Positions 1-9,368 of a stretch of 45,232 nucleotides of DNA are shown here, piece after piece. The notes under the pieces are model-generated. The model was not told the DNA's origin. It worked only from the letters and a program-made list of their open reading frames with translations, and ran no database searches. The translations under genes were made by a program, and so were the position numbers. Position 1 is the first letter of the stretch; every line of letters starts with the position of its first letter. This DNA is from an uncultured Acidimicrobiaceae bacterium (GTDB lineage: Bacteria > Actinomycetota > Acidimicrobiia > Spongiisociales > UBA5794), in assembly GCA_964465915.1 (NCBI GenBank), contig CAYXMJ010000002.1, positions 1 to 45,232 on the forward strand, read 5' to 3'.

Positions 1-108
1 GCCGGGTACCCGGGGCTTGCAGAGCACGAGAGCGACGATTTTGTGGTCCCCGCCGCTCTCGGCGGCATGGCAGGCCCGCTCGGGGCACTCGTCCTTGCCG
101 AGCAGGCG

Positions 109-1173
109 CTACCGGCGTCCCGCTAGATCTTCGGCTTCGGCCCGGCGGCGTTCGACTACGTCGTTCACCTCGGCGCCGAAGAGCACGGCGAAGCCGGAGG
201 CGAAGAACCACAGCATCAGCACGATGACGCCGGTCAATGCCCCGTAGGTGGCGCTGAAGCTGGCGAGGCGCGCGGTGTAGACGGACAGCCCGACGGTCAC
301 GACCATCCAGGCGATCGTCGCGGTCAGCGCTCCGGGGCTGATCCACGGGGATCGGTTGGCGGGCCGATTGGGTGCGACCTTGTAGAGCAACCCGAGCCCG
401 AGGACGACCACGAGGAAGATGACCGGCCAGCGCGACCACTCAACCACGGTGGCCGTGCCGGGCAGATCGATGCTGTGGAGCCAATCATCGAGGATCGTCA
501 CGCTGGCAACGGCTACGACGACAAACACGATCATGCCCATGGTCAGGCCGTAGGCGAGGGCCCGCTGGTGGGCGAAGGCCCGCTGCTCGTCGACGTCGTA
601 GGCGATGTTGAGGCCGCGGATCAGACTCTTGGTGCCCGCCGACGCCGACCAGAGGGCGATCAGGATCGACACGATGGCACTGACCTCGAGCTGAGTCGAC
701 GACCGCGCCACCAGACCGGCGAGTTGCTGCCCGATCAGCGCGGCTGCTTCGGTAGGTAGTTGGTTGGTGAGGTCTTCGATCACCTGTTCGAGCTGCTCAG
801 CGTCGAGCCACAATCCGTAGATCGAGATGGCGGCGATGGCGGCCGGAAACACGGCGAACATGGCGTAGTACGACAGGGCGGCCGCGATCATCGGGATGTT
901 GTCCTTCTTGATCTCGGCGCCGAGGTCCTTGAGGAACCCAACGCTGTGGTCGGCCGCAGCCTTGGCCTGATCCGTCAGTTGCGGAGTGCCGGCGTTGGTG
1001 TTGGCGTCCCCCGTGACCGGCACCGGCGCCGGTGCGGCCGGCGCAACGGGCGGGTTGGCCGGCACCGGTGGGCCGGTCGTCGGCTGCCGGCGGCGCGGCA
1101 GGGCGGCCTTGAGGGCGACGCCGACGGCCATTCCGCCGAGCACCCAATTGACGGCACGCGAAATCCCCGCCAT
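109..1173 (-). CDS. YihY/BrkB family integral membrane protein
   Basis: 354-aa ORF. It has a Pro/Ala-rich N-terminus followed by multiple hydrophobic segments with family-typical stretches (AAALSYYAMFAVFPAAIAAISIYG, LYKVAPNR, YGALTGVIVLMLWFFASGFAVLFGAEVN). GGAGG lies 7 nt upstream of ATG 1173. Confidence 0.8.
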   Translation of the reverse strand: MAGISRAVNWVLGGMAVGVALKAALPRRRQPTTGPPVPANPPVAPAAPAPVPVTGDANTNAGTPQLTDQAKAAADHSVGFLKDLGAEIKKDNIPMIAAALSYYAMFAVFPAAIAAISIYGLWLDAEQLEQVIEDLTNQLPTEAAALIGQQLAGLVARSSTQLEVSAIVSILIALWSASAGTKSLIRGLNIAYDVDEQRAFAHQRALAYGLTMGMIVFVVVAVASVTILDDWLHSIDLPGTATVVEWSRWPVIFLVVVLGLGLLYKVAPNRPANRSPWISPGALTATIAWMVVTVGLSVYTARLASFSATYGALTGVIVLMLWFFASGFAVLFGAEVNDVVERRRAEAEDLAGRR

Positions 1174-1186
1174 GTGTGCGCCTCCG

Positions 1187-1993
1187 CTAACCGAAGACTC
1201 GTTGGATCAACCCGGGTCTCACGCTCGCCTTGCCGTGGCGCCGGCCGAGCAGATAGGTCGCGCCGGCCAGAGCCACCGCTCCCGCGGCAGCCGTGGTGCG
1301 TTTGATGACCTTCTTGCTCCTCCGGCTGAACTCCACGATCGGCCAGCCCCGCTGATACGAGATCGCGGCGAGCGCCTTGTCGGGATTGACCGCAACTGGA
1401 TGACCGACCGCCTCGAGCATGGGAAGGTCACCGATGGAGTCCGAGTAAGCGTACGACTTCTGCAGGTCGTAGCCCTTGCGTTCGGCCATCCTGGCGATGG
1501 CCTCGGCCTTCCCCGGCCCATAGCAGAACGGCTCGGCCAACTCCCCGGTGTAGACCCCGTCCTTGAGTTCGGCGACGGTCCCGATGGCACCCGTCATGTG
1601 CATTGCCTCAGCGAACCCGTCGATGATTTCGATGGGAGATGCCGACACGATGTAGGTATCGCGCCCGGCTTCGTCGTGCAGATCAATCAGCGCTCGTGAC
1701 TCGTGGCGGACGTCGTCGAGCAGCCGAACCAGGATGTCGTCGCCGAGGGCGCGGAACTCATCGATGTTGACGCCCTCGATGGCCTGGAGCACCCGGTTCT
1801 TCACCGCCTCGGTCTTGGCATCGCCTGCGCCCTTCAGCTTGAAGCCCACGTAGCTTGTCAGATCGCGCAGGAGGTCGCCGGTCGGCATCATCCCCGCCCG
1901 GTAGGCCACCCACCCCCAAATGAAGACCGACGATCCGCTGATGATGGTGCGGTCGAGGTCAAAGAACGCCGCGCCTCGGCCCTGCTTGGCCAT
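1187..1993 (-). CDS. HAD-IB family hydrolase (SerB-like phosphatase superfamily)
   Basis: HAD motif I FFDLDRTII sits near the N-terminus, with a later SASP and a GDSxxD-like motif (YSDSIGDLPML). I chose Met at 1993 (MAKQGRGAAFFDLDRT), 1 nt after the upstream stop; the longest ORF reaches 2026 and would overlap the acyl-CoA dehydrogenase. Confidence 0.8.
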   Translation of the reverse strand: MAKQGRGAAFFDLDRTIISGSSVFIWGWVAYRAGMMPTGDLLRDLTSYVGFKLKGAGDAKTEAVKNRVLQAIEGVNIDEFRALGDDILVRLLDDVRHESRALIDLHDEAGRDTYIVSASPIEIIDGFAEAMHMTGAIGTVAELKDGVYTGELAEPFCYGPGKAEAIARMAERKGYDLQKSYAYSDSIGDLPMLEAVGHPVAVNPDKALAAISYQRGWPIVEFSRRSKKVIKRTTAAAGAVALAGATYLLGRRHGKASVRPGLIQRVFG

Positions 1994-1994
1994 G

Positions 1995-3788
1995 TCACAC
2001 CCCCATGAGGTCGTCGTCGATGGCAAACAGCGACTCGGCGCCGCGGGTAACGGCGGGAAGCAGCCCGGCCGCTTGGGGCAGGATCTGCTCGGCGTAGAAG
2101 CGAGCCGTCACCAACTTGGCCTCGAGGAATCGATCACCTGCGCCGCCATTGTTGAGGAGACTGGTGGCAACCAGCGCCGACTTCGCCAGGTAGTAGCCGC
2201 CGGCGACGATGCCGAACATCCGTAGATAGGGAGTGGCACCGGCAAGCCGGTCGTTCGGGTCCTCGGCTCCAGCCAGCCACTCGGTGGCCTCACGCAGCAG
2301 CGCGACGCCGTCGTCGAGGTTGATCCTGACGGAGGCGAGGTCATCGTGTCCCTCGAACTCGGCGTCGAGCGCCGCCATCTCGTCGAGGTATCCGACGACC
2401 ACGGCACCACCCGCCATGGGCAGCTTGCGCAGTACGAGGTCGATGGCCTGGATGCCGTTGGTGCCCTCGTAGATCGGCGCGATCCGTGCGTCCCGATAGT
2501 GCTGGGCGGCGCCGGTCTCCTCAACAAAGCCCATCCCGCCGTGTACTTGGACTCCGAGCGAGGTCAGCTCGACCCCGAGGTCGGTGCCCCACGCCTTTGA
2601 GATCGGGGTCAGCAAGGCGGCGCGCCCCGCGCCACGCCGGCGGCTCTCTTCATCGGGTCCTTTCTCGGCCCAATCGAGCGCGGCCGCGTTGTCGTACATC
2701 AGCGCCCGCATCGCCTCGATGTTGGCCCGCATCGTCATCAGCATGCGGCGGACATCGGGGTGCTCGATGATCGGTGAACTCTCCGGCGGCTTGGTACCGA
2801 TGGCACGGCCCTGACGGCGCTCCTTGGCGTAGTCGACCGCCTGTTGGTACGCCCGCTCGGCGATGCCGAGGCCTTCGAGACCGACATGAAGCCTGGCATC
2901 GTTCATCATCGTGAACATGTAGCGCATGCCCTGGTTGACCTCGCCGACCAGATACCCAACGGCGCCGCCATTCTCGCCGAACGCCATCACGGCGGTAGGG
3001 CTCGAGTGAATGCCGAGTTTGTGTTCCAGCGACACTGCGGTGACGTCGTTGCGTTCACCTCGCGACCCGTCCGGGTTGACGAGGTATTTGGGCACGATGA
3101 AGAGACTGATTCCCTTGGTGCCCGGTGGCGCCTCGGGAACGCGGGCCAGCACCAGGTGAATGATGTTGTCGGCAACGTCGTGATCGCCCCAGGTGATGAA
3201 GATCTTGTTGCCGTAGATGAGCCACGTGCCGTCGTCCTGGGGCTCGGCTTTGGTGCGCACCGCGCCGACATCCGATCCGGCTTCAGACTCGGTGAGGACC
3301 ATGGTTCCGGTCCATTCGCCGCTGATCAGCTTCTCGAGATAGACGGCCTTGAGTTCATCGGAGCCGTGCTGGTCGAGGGCGAGGATCGCCGAGGCGGTCA
3401 GCATGGGGCAGAGCGAGAACGCCATGTTGGCCGACGTGAGCATCTCCATCACGGGGATTCCGACGGCGGTGGGGAATCCGTGGCCGCCGTACTCGGCGGT
3501 GCTCTTGACCGCACCCCAGCCGGCGGCAACAAACTGTTCGTAGGCGCGTTTGATCTCGGGAGCCAGCGTCACTTTCCCGTCGCCATCGATGCTGGCTCCA
3601 ACTTCGTCGCCGAGCCGATTGGTCGGAGCGATCACCTCGGCCATGAATCGCCCGGCCTCGTCGAGCGCGCCAAACGAGACCTCTCGATCTACGTGCTCGT
3701 AGCCGGGGAACTCGGCAATGGTGTCCAGGTCCACGATGTGCTCGAGGACAAACTTCATGTCGCGCAGTGGGGGTCGGTAGTCGCTCAT
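1995..3788 (-). CDS. acyl-CoA dehydrogenase, long (about 600 aa) FadE type with C-terminal extension domain
   Basis: 597 aa. The N-terminus MSDYRPPLRDMKFVLEHI is typical of long FadE proteins. The central GTMVLTESEAGSDVG and GMGFVEETGAAQHYRDARIAPIYEGTNGIQAIDLV are ACAD signatures. Confidence 0.9.
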   Translation of the reverse strand: MSDYRPPLRDMKFVLEHIVDLDTIAEFPGYEHVDREVSFGALDEAGRFMAEVIAPTNRLGDEVGASIDGDGKVTLAPEIKRAYEQFVAAGWGAVKSTAEYGGHGFPTAVGIPVMEMLTSANMAFSLCPMLTASAILALDQHGSDELKAVYLEKLISGEWTGTMVLTESEAGSDVGAVRTKAEPQDDGTWLIYGNKIFITWGDHDVADNIIHLVLARVPEAPPGTKGISLFIVPKYLVNPDGSRGERNDVTAVSLEHKLGIHSSPTAVMAFGENGGAVGYLVGEVNQGMRYMFTMMNDARLHVGLEGLGIAERAYQQAVDYAKERRQGRAIGTKPPESSPIIEHPDVRRMLMTMRANIEAMRALMYDNAAALDWAEKGPDEESRRRGAGRAALLTPISKAWGTDLGVELTSLGVQVHGGMGFVEETGAAQHYRDARIAPIYEGTNGIQAIDLVLRKLPMAGGAVVVGYLDEMAALDAEFEGHDDLASVRINLDDGVALLREATEWLAGAEDPNDRLAGATPYLRMFGIVAGGYYLAKSALVATSLLNNGGAGDRFLEAKLVTARFYAEQILPQAAGLLPAVTRGAESLFAIDDDLMGV

Positions 3789-3901
3789 GGCGGCAGAATA
3801 CAGGCCCCTCGCCCTCTGGAGCCATTAGGTCACCGAGCGCAGCATCCACAGTAGGTTTGGAGTGGCCGTCGACCCTGCCGTCCATCGAAGAAGGACCGAT
3901 C

Positions 3902-4252
3902 ATGAAGTTTGCTCTTCTCATCTACAGCGATGAGAGCGCCGCCCCGATGCCCGAGACGCCTGAGGCGCAACGGGTGTTCGACGAATACCTGGCGTTCACC
4001 ACGGGGATCACCCAGAGCGGGATCGGCCGCGGTGGCGAGGCATTCCACGACAGCGGTGCTGCGGTCACGGTGCAGGTGGTCGACGGCGAAGTAGTGGTCA
4101 CCGATGCGCCTGCCGTTGATTCGCGCGAAGCGCTCGGTGGGTTCTACTTGATCGAGGTACCGGATGAGGCGGCCGCTATTGCCGTCGCCGCCGAACTCCC
4201 CGGATCGCGCTACGGATCGGTCGAGGTTCGACCGGTTTGGTCCTGGGAGTGA
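3902..4252 (+). CDS. YciI (YCII-related) family protein
   Basis: 116-aa product MKFALLIYSDES...GGFYLIEVPDEAAAIAVAAELP...GSVEVRPVW matches the YCII domain layout. I chose the internal ATG at 3902 within the 3767-4252 ORF. Confidence 0.8.
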   Translation: MKFALLIYSDESAAPMPETPEAQRVFDEYLAFTTGITQSGIGRGGEAFHDSGAAVTVQVVDGEVVVTDAPAVDSREALGGFYLIEVPDEAAAIAVAAELPGSRYGSVEVRPVWSWE

Positions 4253-4496
4253 GCCGTTGGGTGTTTTGGTGTCCCCGATGGTGAGCTAGGGCGATCGACC
4301 CATCCTGCGATTCCCGCTGAAGAAATCGGCGCGATGTGCCGATATTCCCGGGGAGTGGATAGAGCTCTCCAAAGGGCACGGCTGACGCCGAGCCCAAGGT
4401 AGGTACCGATATCCACTCGCCGACAGAGGCCTCAGGGCGGCGGTCCGTAATGCATATCTATGCAGCGGTGATCCAGCTGACCGCTCGAAAACCTCA

Positions 4497-4520
4497 GAAG
4501 CCCGCCAATCGGCGGGCTTC
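4497..4520. terminator. perfect 10-bp stem / 4-nt loop hairpin (GAAGCCCGCC aatc GGCGGGCTTC) in a 343-bp intergenic region
   Basis: Read directly from the sequence. An A-rich run (cgaaaacc) lies on the plus-strand 5' side, giving a U-run after the stem on the minus strand. No plus-strand T-tract follows. Confidence 0.35.
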
Positions 4521-4595
4521 GTCGCGTGCAGCTGACGGAGTCAGCAGCCTGTTGCCAGCAGCACGTTGCAGCCGGCGGCCCGCTAGTTTTGCGGC

Positions 4596-5402
4596 ATGGC
4601 CACGCTTGTGTTCTTCCATGCTCATCCTGACGACGAAGCCATTGCTACCGGGGGGTCGATGGCGGCTGCGGCTGATGCCGGGCACCGGGTGGTCCTCATC
4701 GTGGCCACGGGCGGTGAAGAGGGCGAGGTCGCCGAGGGATTCCTGCGCGATGGCGAGACGTTGGCGGAGGTGCGCGAGCGCGAGACGTGTGCGGCGGCCA
4801 CCATCCTTGGGTCGGCTCGGGTTCACTTCCTCGGGTACCGCGATTCCGGAATGATGGGGGAAGCGGCCAACGACCGCGCCGACTGCTTCTGGCAGGCCGA
4901 TGTCGAGGTGGCCGCCGCCCAAGTCGCCACGATTCTCGAAGAAGAGCAAGCCGACGTGGTGACGGTGTACGACAGCCACGGAGGCTACGGCCATCCGGAC
5001 CACATCCAAGTGCACAGAGTCGGTCACCGGGCTGCGGGACTGGCCGGCACGCCGCGGGTGTTCGAAGCGACCATGAATCGGGACCTGATCCGCCAATGGA
5101 GTGCCGCGCTGCGCGCCGAAGGCGACGAGCTGGCGACCGCGGCCGACCTCGATGATCCCGGGATGGAGAATGTTGGGCTGCCGGACGACGAACTCACTAC
5201 CGCCGTTGATGTCGCCACGATGATCGGCCGGAAACGTCAGGCGATGGCGGCCCACGCCAGCCAGATCGATGGCGACTCGTGGTTCTTCCAGCTTCCCCCC
5301 GACACCTTCGCCATGGCGTTTGGTACCGAGTGGTACCGCCGCACCCTGCCGGCGTTCGACGGATGCCTACCCGATGACCGTGAGCACGAGTTGCTCCGCT
5401 GA
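4596..5402 (+). CDS. PIG-L/LmbE family deacetylase (MshB/Mca-like)
   Basis: N-terminal VFFHAHPDDEAIATGG (the PIG-L zinc motif AHPDDE) and a later HGGYGHPDHIQVH motif. Confidence 0.85.
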   Translation: MATLVFFHAHPDDEAIATGGSMAAAADAGHRVVLIVATGGEEGEVAEGFLRDGETLAEVRERETCAAATILGSARVHFLGYRDSGMMGEAANDRADCFWQADVEVAAAQVATILEEEQADVVTVYDSHGGYGHPDHIQVHRVGHRAAGLAGTPRVFEATMNRDLIRQWSAALRAEGDELATAADLDDPGMENVGLPDDELTTAVDVATMIGRKRQAMAAHASQIDGDSWFFQLPPDTFAMAFGTEWYRRTLPAFDGCLPDDREHELLR

Positions 5403-5423
5403 GGCCGGAGAGGGGAACACCAG

Positions 5424-6401
5424 ATGCGAGCCTTGTTGTGCACCAACCCGGGACCGGAGTTTGCCCTCGAGATCGGGGACGTACCGGATCTCGTCCCCGG
5501 CCCCGGTGAGGTCGTGATCGACGTGAAGGCGGCGGGACTCAACTTCCCCGACACGCTGATCGTCCGTGGGCAGTACCAGTTCAAGCCCGAGCCTCCCTTT
5601 TCCCCCGGCGCCGAGGCCGCCGGCGTGGTGGCAGCAGTCGGCGCGGGGGTCGAGCTACCGCTCGGTATGCCCGTGGTTGCGCTTGGGGTGTATGGCGCCT
5701 TCGCCGAACAATGGGTGGTTCCGGCCACCACCGTGATGCCGCTGCCGCCCGGCCTCGGTTTTGAGCAGGGCGCCGGGTTTGGTCTCACCTACGGCACGGC
5801 GTATTACGCCCTCAAGCAGCAAGGTCGGCTCCAACCCGGCGAGACGCTGTTGGTGCTCGGCGCGGCCGGGGGTGTTGGCAGCGCCGCCGTCCAGATCGGA
5901 AAGGCCATGGGGGCCAAGGTCATCGCAGCCGCGGGGTCGGAGCAGAAGCTGGTGTTCGCGTCCGAGTGTGGGGCCGACCTGACCATCGACTACTTGCAGG
6001 AGGACCTCAAGACCCGGATCCGCGAACTCACCGCGGGGCACGGCGTCGACGTTGTCTTCGACCCGGTAGGCGGAGGTTTGTCGGAGCCTGCGTTGCGCGC
6101 CACGGCGTGGGATGGCCGGTTCCTCGTCATCGGATTTGCTGCAGGCGACATCCCGCGGATCCCGCTCAACCTGGCGCTCCTCAAGGGCCTGCACATCATT
6201 GGGGTCTTTTGGGGCAGCTGGGTCGGTCGCGAGCCCGTGGCTTCGGGGCGCAACTACGAGGAGCTGTTTGAGCTGGTGGCGCGTGGCGTCATCGAGCTGC
6301 CTGAAGTGGAAGTGCATGCATTCGAGGCTCATGCCGCAGCGTTTGCCGCGCTGACGGAGCGCCGTGCCACCGGCAAGGTCGTTCTACAAATCGGCGTCTG
6401 A
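5424..6401 (+). CDS. NADPH:quinone oxidoreductase, medium-chain dehydrogenase/reductase family
   Basis: 325 aa. Carries the GEVVIDVKAAGLNFPD GroES-like fold region and the nucleotide-binding loop LVLGAAGGVGSAAVQIGKAMGAKVIA. The C-terminal GKVVL is typical of Qor-like MDRs. Confidence 0.85.
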   Translation: MRALLCTNPGPEFALEIGDVPDLVPGPGEVVIDVKAAGLNFPDTLIVRGQYQFKPEPPFSPGAEAAGVVAAVGAGVELPLGMPVVALGVYGAFAEQWVVPATTVMPLPPGLGFEQGAGFGLTYGTAYYALKQQGRLQPGETLLVLGAAGGVGSAAVQIGKAMGAKVIAAAGSEQKLVFASECGADLTIDYLQEDLKTRIRELTAGHGVDVVFDPVGGGLSEPALRATAWDGRFLVIGFAAGDIPRIPLNLALLKGLHIIGVFWGSWVGREPVASGRNYEELFELVARGVIELPEVEVHAFEAHAAAFAALTERRATGKVVLQIGV

Positions 6402-6538
6402 GCGGGCGCCGTTGCGGCGACTGCGACACAACCGCCCTATCCCCCCACAGTTCGAACGCCGGCACGCCGGCCACCAGGTACCCAGCCATATCTGCCATCC
6501 CCGTCGAATGGTGCGCAGTAGTGCTGCCATGGTGGGTT

Positions 6539-8614
6539 TCAGCCTTCGAAGGTCTCCCGGATGCCGGACAGCACCTGAGTTGTGTCGATGAGGGCGTGGC
6601 GTTCGATGGCGAATTGGGGCCACGGGGCGTCGGTTGCGGTCAGTCGGCGGATCGGTGCCTCGAGCGTGTAGCCACACCGCTCGGCCACCTCGGCGGCTAC
6701 CTCGGCGGCGATGCCTCCGGTGCGCTGGGGCTCCTGGACGATCAAGAGCCGTCCCGTCTTGTCGACCGATGCCGTCACGGCGCCGACGTCCCACGGGTAG
6801 ATGGTGCGCAAATCGATCACCTCGACGTCGATGCCCTCGGCGGCGGCCACCTCGGCGCCCCGCAGCGAAACGGGGACCATCCCCCCGTAAGTCACCAGCG
6901 TCAGGTCGGCGCCGGTCCGCCGCACTCGTGCCGTGCCGAGCGGGATCTCATAGTGGGCAGACGGCACCGACTCCTTGCCGGCTCGGTACAGCACCTTCGG
7001 TTCTAGGAAGATGACCGGGTCACTGCCGGCCAGCGCCGCAGCCAGGAGACCCTTGGCATCGTATGGCGTGGCCGGTACGACGACCACCACACCCGGAATG
7101 TGGGCGAACAGCGCCTCCGGGCTGTCACAGTGGTGTTCGTGGGCTCCGATCCCGGCGCCATTGGGGGAGCGGACCACCAGGGGCAGTGTGGCGTGACCGC
7201 GGGTCCGGAAACGGATCCGGCCGAGGTGGCTGGCGATCTGATCGAACGCCGGATACATGAACCCCTCGAATTGGATCTCGGCGACGGTACGACTTCCCGA
7301 GATCGCCATTCCGATCCCGGTTCCGACGATTCCCGATTCGTTGATCGGGGTATCGATGACCCGCTCCTCGCCGTAGCGATCATGGAGGCCTTCCGTGATC
7401 CGGAAGACGCCACCCGCCACCCCGACATCCTCGCCGAGGATCAGCATGGATGGGTCGGCGGCCATGGCTTGATCGAGCGCCATGGTGATCGCTTCGGCCA
7501 TCGTGATCGGCGCGGTGTCTGCCACCACGGTCGGCTCAGGTCCCGGTGTCCACACCTCGGCAGGTTCAAACCTCGTCTCCACTTCTCCGACACGTCGCTG
7601 GGTGGTGTGGAGTTGCTCGACGAGCAGGTTGGGGACCTTGGCGAAGGCGTGGCGGACGATATCGTCGCGCTCGGGCGGCGGGGTCTCGTCGAGGATGCTC
7701 ATTGCCTTGTCGAACTCAACGGTGGCCTCGTCGCTGAGCGCGAGTTCCCGTTCATCGTTCCACAGACCTCGCTCCTCCAAGAAGCGGCGGTAGCGGTCGA
7801 CCGGATCGCGGGTGCGCCACTCCAACTCTTCTGCCTCGGTGCGATAGAGCCTGGCATCGTCTGCGGTGGCGTGCGGACCGTATCGATAGCAGACAGCCTC
7901 GATCAGGGTGGGTCCCTCACCGCGCCGGGCTCGGGCAACGGCGTCGCGGGTTGCGGCATACACGGCAAGCGCATCCATGCCGTCGACCCGGATGCCGGGC
8001 ATGCCGTAGGCGACGGCTTTCTGGGCGATAGTGGCGGCCGCGGTCTGTTTGGCATATGGCACCGAGATCGCCCAGGAGTTGTTCTCACAGATGAACACGG
8101 TCGGCGTCTTCCACACGCCGGCAAAATTGAGTCCGGAATGAAAGTCGTTCTCTGAGGTGGCCCCATCGCCGAAGTAGGCGGCGGTGACGACCTCTTCGCC
8201 GCGTTGGCGGGCGGCATAAGCGTGACCTACGGCATGGGGGAGGTGGCTGGCGATCGGGACCGACACCGACATCATTCGGTACTTGTGGACGTCCCAATCT
8301 GCGTTGGGGAGTCCCCGCCAGTAGGCGAGCACCACGTCGAGTGGTATGCCCCGCATCATCTGCACTACGTGCTGACGGTACGCCGGGTAGATGAAGTCGT
8401 CTGCCCCGAAGGCTGCTGCCGACCCAACGTGGACGGCCTCGTGGCCCTCGCTCATGGCGTAGGTCCCGAGCCGGCCTTGGCGCTGGGCGCCCATGGCCTT
8501 GCGGTCGTAGTGGCGGCTCAGGCTCATGAAGCGGTAGAACTCGACCAGGGTGCGGTCGTCGAGATGGGGCAGGTCGTTCACCACGCGACCGGTGGGGTCG
8601 ATGATCTGCTGCAT
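6539..8614 (-). CDS. fused 2-oxoacid dehydrogenase E1 component, alpha and beta subunits in one polypeptide (TPP-dependent)
   Basis: The N-terminal half carries the TPP motif GDGATSENDFHSGLNFAGVWKTPTVFICENNSWAIS. After a linker, the C-terminal half starts with beta-subunit-like TMAEAITMALDQAMAADPSMLILGEDVG and continues through EIQFEGFMYPAFDQI. The start is uncertain (Met at 8614 preferred; the ORF extends to 8719). Confidence 0.85.
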   Translation of the reverse strand: MQQIIDPTGRVVNDLPHLDDRTLVEFYRFMSLSRHYDRKAMGAQRQGRLGTYAMSEGHEAVHVGSAAAFGADDFIYPAYRQHVVQMMRGIPLDVVLAYWRGLPNADWDVHKYRMMSVSVPIASHLPHAVGHAYAARQRGEEVVTAAYFGDGATSENDFHSGLNFAGVWKTPTVFICENNSWAISVPYAKQTAAATIAQKAVAYGMPGIRVDGMDALAVYAATRDAVARARRGEGPTLIEAVCYRYGPHATADDARLYRTEAEELEWRTRDPVDRYRRFLEERGLWNDERELALSDEATVEFDKAMSILDETPPPERDDIVRHAFAKVPNLLVEQLHTTQRRVGEVETRFEPAEVWTPGPEPTVVADTAPITMAEAITMALDQAMAADPSMLILGEDVGVAGGVFRITEGLHDRYGEERVIDTPINESGIVGTGIGMAISGSRTVAEIQFEGFMYPAFDQIASHLGRIRFRTRGHATLPLVVRSPNGAGIGAHEHHCDSPEALFAHIPGVVVVVPATPYDAKGLLAAALAGSDPVIFLEPKVLYRAGKESVPSAHYEIPLGTARVRRTGADLTLVTYGGMVPVSLRGAEVAAAEGIDVEVIDLRTIYPWDVGAVTASVDKTGRLLIVQEPQRTGGIAAEVAAEVAERCGYTLEAPIRRLTATDAPWPQFAIERHALIDTTQVLSGIRETFEG

Positions 8615-8780
8615 GGCGGTGGCGTCCTCGATCACTGCGCTCCTCCCTGGTCCGCAAAGCATAGGGACGCGACAAATCGCTCCGCGCCGCTCAGTCTGCG
8701 CGCTGAGCCCGGACGCCATGTCCCATATCCTGCGCAGTCTCCTAGGCTTTCCCCTCGCCTTCCAACCAGGAGCTTCTCAT

Positions 8781-9368
8781 ATGATCCGCGTCCGCATTGC
8801 TGTGCTGTTCGCTACAGCCGCTCTGGCCATTGCCGCTTGCGGCGGCGATGATGCCGACGTGACATCCACGACGACGAATGAGCCTGAGGTGACGACGACC
8901 ACGGCGGGCGAAGCGGCGGTCACGACGACGGTCGGGCAAACCAATCAGGAGGGAAACGTGGTTCAGGGGGGAGACCAGGTGGCAGTGCACTATGTCGGAA
9001 CGCTCGACAGTGGTGAGCAGTTCGACTCGTCACGGGATCGAGGTCAAACGCTCGAATTCGAGGTCGGCGCAGGCCAGATGATTCCCGGATTTGATGCCGC
9101 GGTCCGCGGCATGGCGGTCGGAGAGGTCAAGACGGTGCGGCTCGAGGCGGCCGACGCCTACGGCGAGCCGAGCGACGAGTTCCGTCAGGAGGTGCCGCTG
9201 GCGGACCTGCCCGAGGGCCTTGCGGTTGGCGACCCGCTCTTCACCCCCCAGGGCCAGGAGGTCACGGTGATTGCGATCAACGGTGACGTTGCGGTGATCG
9301 ACTTCAATCATCGGCTCGCCGGTGAAGCACTCACCTTCGAGATCGAGATCGTGGCGATCAACCGCTGA
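8781..9368 (+). CDS. FKBP-type peptidyl-prolyl cis-trans isomerase, lipoprotein
   Basis: Lipoprotein signal MIRVRIAVLFATAALAIAAC with a Thr-rich linker. FKBP core VAVHYVGTLDSGEQFDSSRDRGQTLEFEVGAGQMIPGFDAAVRGMAVGE. AGGAG lies 8 nt upstream of ATG 8781. Confidence 0.85.
   Translation: MIRVRIAVLFATAALAIAACGGDDADVTSTTTNEPEVTTTTAGEAAVTTTVGQTNQEGNVVQGGDQVAVHYVGTLDSGEQFDSSRDRGQTLEFEVGAGQMIPGFDAAVRGMAVGEVKTVRLEAADAYGEPSDEFRQEVPLADLPEGLAVGDPLFTPQGQEVTVIAINGDVAVIDFNHRLAGEALTFEIEIVAINR

Noticed and set aside
4350-4420. tRNA-like or small structured RNA suggested by the GAGTGGATA / TATCCACTC inverted repeat.
   Set aside because: There is no T-arm (GTTCRANYC) or D-arm consensus, and the stem spacing is incompatible with a cloverleaf. 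I kept it only as part of the structured-spacer finding.
6402-6538. Terminator between the convergent qor-like and E1 genes (CGCCGGC-a-CGCCGGC).
   Set aside because: The element is a direct repeat of a self-complementary hexamer with a loop too small to fold as a stable terminator hairpin, and there is no U-tract.
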